A DNA stretch of 61,552 nucleotides, filler included, from Circinaria calcarea (Eukaryota), in NCBI GenBank assembly GCA_051942165.1. It is 4 parts of 4 records of this genome, joined end to end, with 100 filler letters (N's around TTAATTAATTAA, not from the genome) between each part and the next. Parts side by side here need not be neighbours in the genome. Positions count along the whole stretch, not along the records: positions 46,270 to 61,552 come from JAVECS010000374.1; 3 more parts are not named here. One strand, given 5' to 3'. Position numbers and translations under genes: made by a program. Under the pieces are notes generated by a model. That model saw only the letters and a program-made list of their open reading frames with translations, searched no databases and had not been told where the DNA came from. This document shows, piece by piece, positions 58,841 to 61,552 of the stretch (within the stretch, counting starts at the first letter, position 1; every line of letters starts with the position of its first letter).

Positions 58841-60142
58841 ATCGACCAATCTATCTATGATCGACTACAAGGATATTGTAAATTCGAGTAACCCCATGGC
58901 TCTCGGACCTTTATGTAGGACCCCCACAAGCTAACCCCTATAGCCCATGGCCGGCTATGCAGATGGGGGGAGGATGTTTCAAGACTGTGAGGTTATTGTC
59001 GCGGTTTGGGGATCCATGAAGCAGCTCCCACATCAGCTCCCACACCAGGAGTTGAAAGCATAAGCGCGGGAAACAGTGGAGATTGAAGATGACAGGGTGG
59101 CATCCCGCGTCCGGCGCATAAAACTCGGATAAAACGAAACCCAGAGGACAAGGAGCAGCAAGACAGCGAGGAAACACATCTCCGATTTGCTCTGGTAACA
59201 CTCCCCCACCTTGTCTCATACAGCCAAAAAATGGTCATGGAGATTTTGGCATTGGGAGAGCCCAACGCTAGGCGGAGACCAGGAAGAAAGAAGAGTATGT
59301 ATTCCAGTATCACGAATTGTTACCACCGATCTGATGCCGGGTGGGACCCATTATAGATATGGTAATCCTCCCCACGGGAGAGCGCGCCTGTTTCGAAATC
59401 TCGAGTGCGACGTTCCCCCCAAAAAACCCAAGTCCAACGACAAGGCCGAATAGCCATTATTCCATCACCCTTATCCTAACACGTTTTGCGTCTTTCGAAT
59501 TCCGAGCAGACATGCCTCGGCTCATGAATGGGTAATACTAGCAAGACACCCGTCAGGACCTTATAGCCTACGGCCCCCAGATCAATTATAAAAAGTCCTT
59601 TTTTCCGCTCTACAGAGGTGTATTGCATAATTCATGGCATGTGCGCTAAAAGTTTATCCGGGTTGTTGCCCAGTCAACATTAGTGATGAGTACACCAAGG
59701 TTAGGTGACAACACCCCTCCGGAGCTGAGCTGACCGGTACCCCGGAGCTTTTCGCGTATATGCCATGAGTTTTGCAATACACCTCTTTAACCACGAAATA
59801 TCTTCTGCAAGGCCCCCCTGACCATAAACCTCCCCCCACCCCGCGGAACTAAAAGATTGAGGGCGAAGGAAAAAGCAAGAATACGAAAATCCATTCCATT
59901 CCCGTTTTTATTATATCCTTTTACAGGAAATATCCCATCTGACTGATCTATACTCCTTCTATCTCTCAACCAAGAATTCGGGTCGGATCGGATTCGGGTC
60001 TTCCCGAACCCACTGTACTATAGTAATACCCGCGCGGGTGACAAGAAATTGCGGACCTCTACTGCAATTACTTGCATAGCTAGTAAGCACTATACACAGG
60101 GCCCTAAAGTTTTGGGGTTCCCCCCTTCCACTTCTACTAAAC

Positions 60143-60484
60143 ATGCCCGACCGCCCTTTCCCCCCCGACAGCATCACGCTCGCTATCACGCTCGTCCTCG
60201 CCCTTATCGGCATTTTCGACCTCTTTATCGGCGTTACCACCATCTTCTACTAGTATCCCTTCCTCATTACCAATAGCCTCCCCGCCGTCTATGCAGACGG
60301 TCTCGCAAACACGATCCCAAGCATATATTTCCTGCTGGCGGCCTACCAGGAGAACCAGACGGGTCCCGGGCCGATGGTGTTAATGTGCCTATTCATTAAT
60401 AGGGTTTTTTGGTATATGAGGGGCGCGTGGAGTGGGGTGGGGATAGTGGGTAGGGAAGGGAGTGGTAATGGAGGAGCGGTTTAG
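60143..60484 (+). pseudogene. Small multi-TM fungal protein pseudogene with an in-frame TAG
   Basis: MPDRPF..LAITLVLALIGIFDLFIGVTTIFY*(60251)YPF..LPAVYADGLA..IYFLLAAYQEN..VFWY..GAW. The frame stays open and hydrophobic on both sides of the stop. Confidence 0.55.
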
Positions 60485-60620
60485 GGAGAAGAGGTGAAGG
60501 AAAGGCGGGAGGTTTATAAAGAACAGAAAATTACAAATTTATGCCCAAACGTTTAAAATTTGCAGTTTTATACCCTAAGTTACAATTTTGACCTCACCCC
60601 CAAATTTCAGGAGATATCCC

Positions 60621-60808
60621 TTAACCTATTGCTCAGGCACGCCGAACCGTGCACGGTACAGGGGGTTTTCGGACACTAATAAAAATCTTAATTCTGGCCA
60701 ATCAGCGGAGAAAAAATGCCCATCTACAAAGTAACTTGTGCAGGGAAAGTAAAAACCCCCCCTACTAATATAGCGTGCACGGTTCGGCGTGCCTGAGCGA
60801 CAGGTTAA
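60621..60808. mobile_element. MITE-like element with ~35-bp terminal inverted repeats
   Basis: Perfect 25-bp IR core at 60631-60655 and 60774-60798, extending with two transitions to TTAACCT..AGGTTAA. Non-coding interior. Flanked by GAGATATCCC / GAGATAGCCC. Confidence 0.7.
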
Positions 60809-61388
60809 GAGATAGCCCGAATAATACATTATCGTCAGGAGGGTATTAGCCTGAAGAACTCCGGCCCGGAGCCAAATTCATAATAGCGGTTTTCAATAGG
60901 TTACTGTCGAAATATTGTTGTATCGTAATATTATTATCCCAATGCCACTCGCGGCAGTAACCTCTGCGATAGTGATATCTGCGATAGTAGGTCTTTGCGA
61001 CAATAAATCTCTGCGATAATAAAAGATTCCACTGACCAGCGGTATTCTGATTACCCGGTACTGGCTTTAATAAGTATAGCCTAGCCTTAGTGCTAGCTTT
61101 CATGCTCTACGCCGAGGGGGTGGCGAGATCTCGCTTAACTGGCGTCTTGGCGTATAGTGAGAAACCTTTCACGCATATAGTTTTCCTCTTCAACGATTAG
61201 TTCTCCAATATACTGCGTATAGCCATCGTATTACTCGTGTCTCACATTACCACATACCTTAGCTATAGATACTTTTCAAGTAAAGTACTCTACAGCCTCA
61301 CACTAGCCTTCCACTAACAGAAGGTCAATTACTAAAATCCTGAGGGTAGGGCATAAAATTGTACCTTGGGATAACCCTCACCTCCCCC

Positions 61389-61470
61389 TAAAAACCCAAA
61401 ACCCCAAAACCCAAAACCCCCAACCCAAACCCTAACCCTAGGCCAAAAAAACCCGTGAAAACCTAACCCC
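61389..61470 (+). repeat. Degenerate telomere-like (CCCTAA/CCCAAA) repeat tract
   Basis: AAAACCCAAAACCCCAAAACCCAAAACCCCCAACCCAAACCCTAACCCTA...CCTAACCCC. Confidence 0.5.
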
Positions 61471-61552
61471 GTGGTGCAGCGTAAAATTCTGTCCCCGGGC
61501 CCCCCGTATTTTTATTTTCTATATGCTATTCTCTTACCCACCCTCCCACCGG

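Noticed and set aside
61420..61445. CCCTAACCCTA as a telomerase RNA template
   Set aside because: Embedded in a degenerate A/C repeat at the sequence end, with no other supporting structure.

Overview
Filamentous ascomycete (Pezizomycotina; possibly a lichen-forming lineage, which is inference only) genomic DNA with short GT-AG spliceosomal introns. The window is not one locus. It is four pieces (1-15326, 15427-30750, 30851-46169, 46270-61552; 15326/15324/15319/15283 bp, i.e. descending in size) joined by identical 100-bp N44-TTAATTAATTAA-N44 spacers, so adjacency across spacers carries no meaning. Pieces 1-3 are mostly housekeeping genes: eIF2-beta, AIM24-family, IEC3, NOP13-like, RRP4, IES4, RanBP9/10-like, three MFS transporters, PTH11-like receptor, NimA-like kinase, UFD1, LIN1, RVB2 and an F-box protein. 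Piece 1 also has a small accessory block around a HET-6-like gene. Piece 4 is gene-sparse and accessory-like. It carries a HeLo-like/ankyrin/WW-like gene and a C2H2 exon. It also has a convergent pair of tandem-domain, dibasic-site-containing candidate effector/toxin genes, a nonsense pseudogene, a ~180-bp MITE-like element, RIP-like AT-rich DNA and degenerate CCCTAA repeats. The best leads are the tandem-domain effector pair, the HeLo-like-ANK gene with no recognisable NACHT, the HET block, a UGA-CUA readthrough context on RRP4, and an orphan tRNA 3' half. No database searches were run; family calls come from motif recognition.
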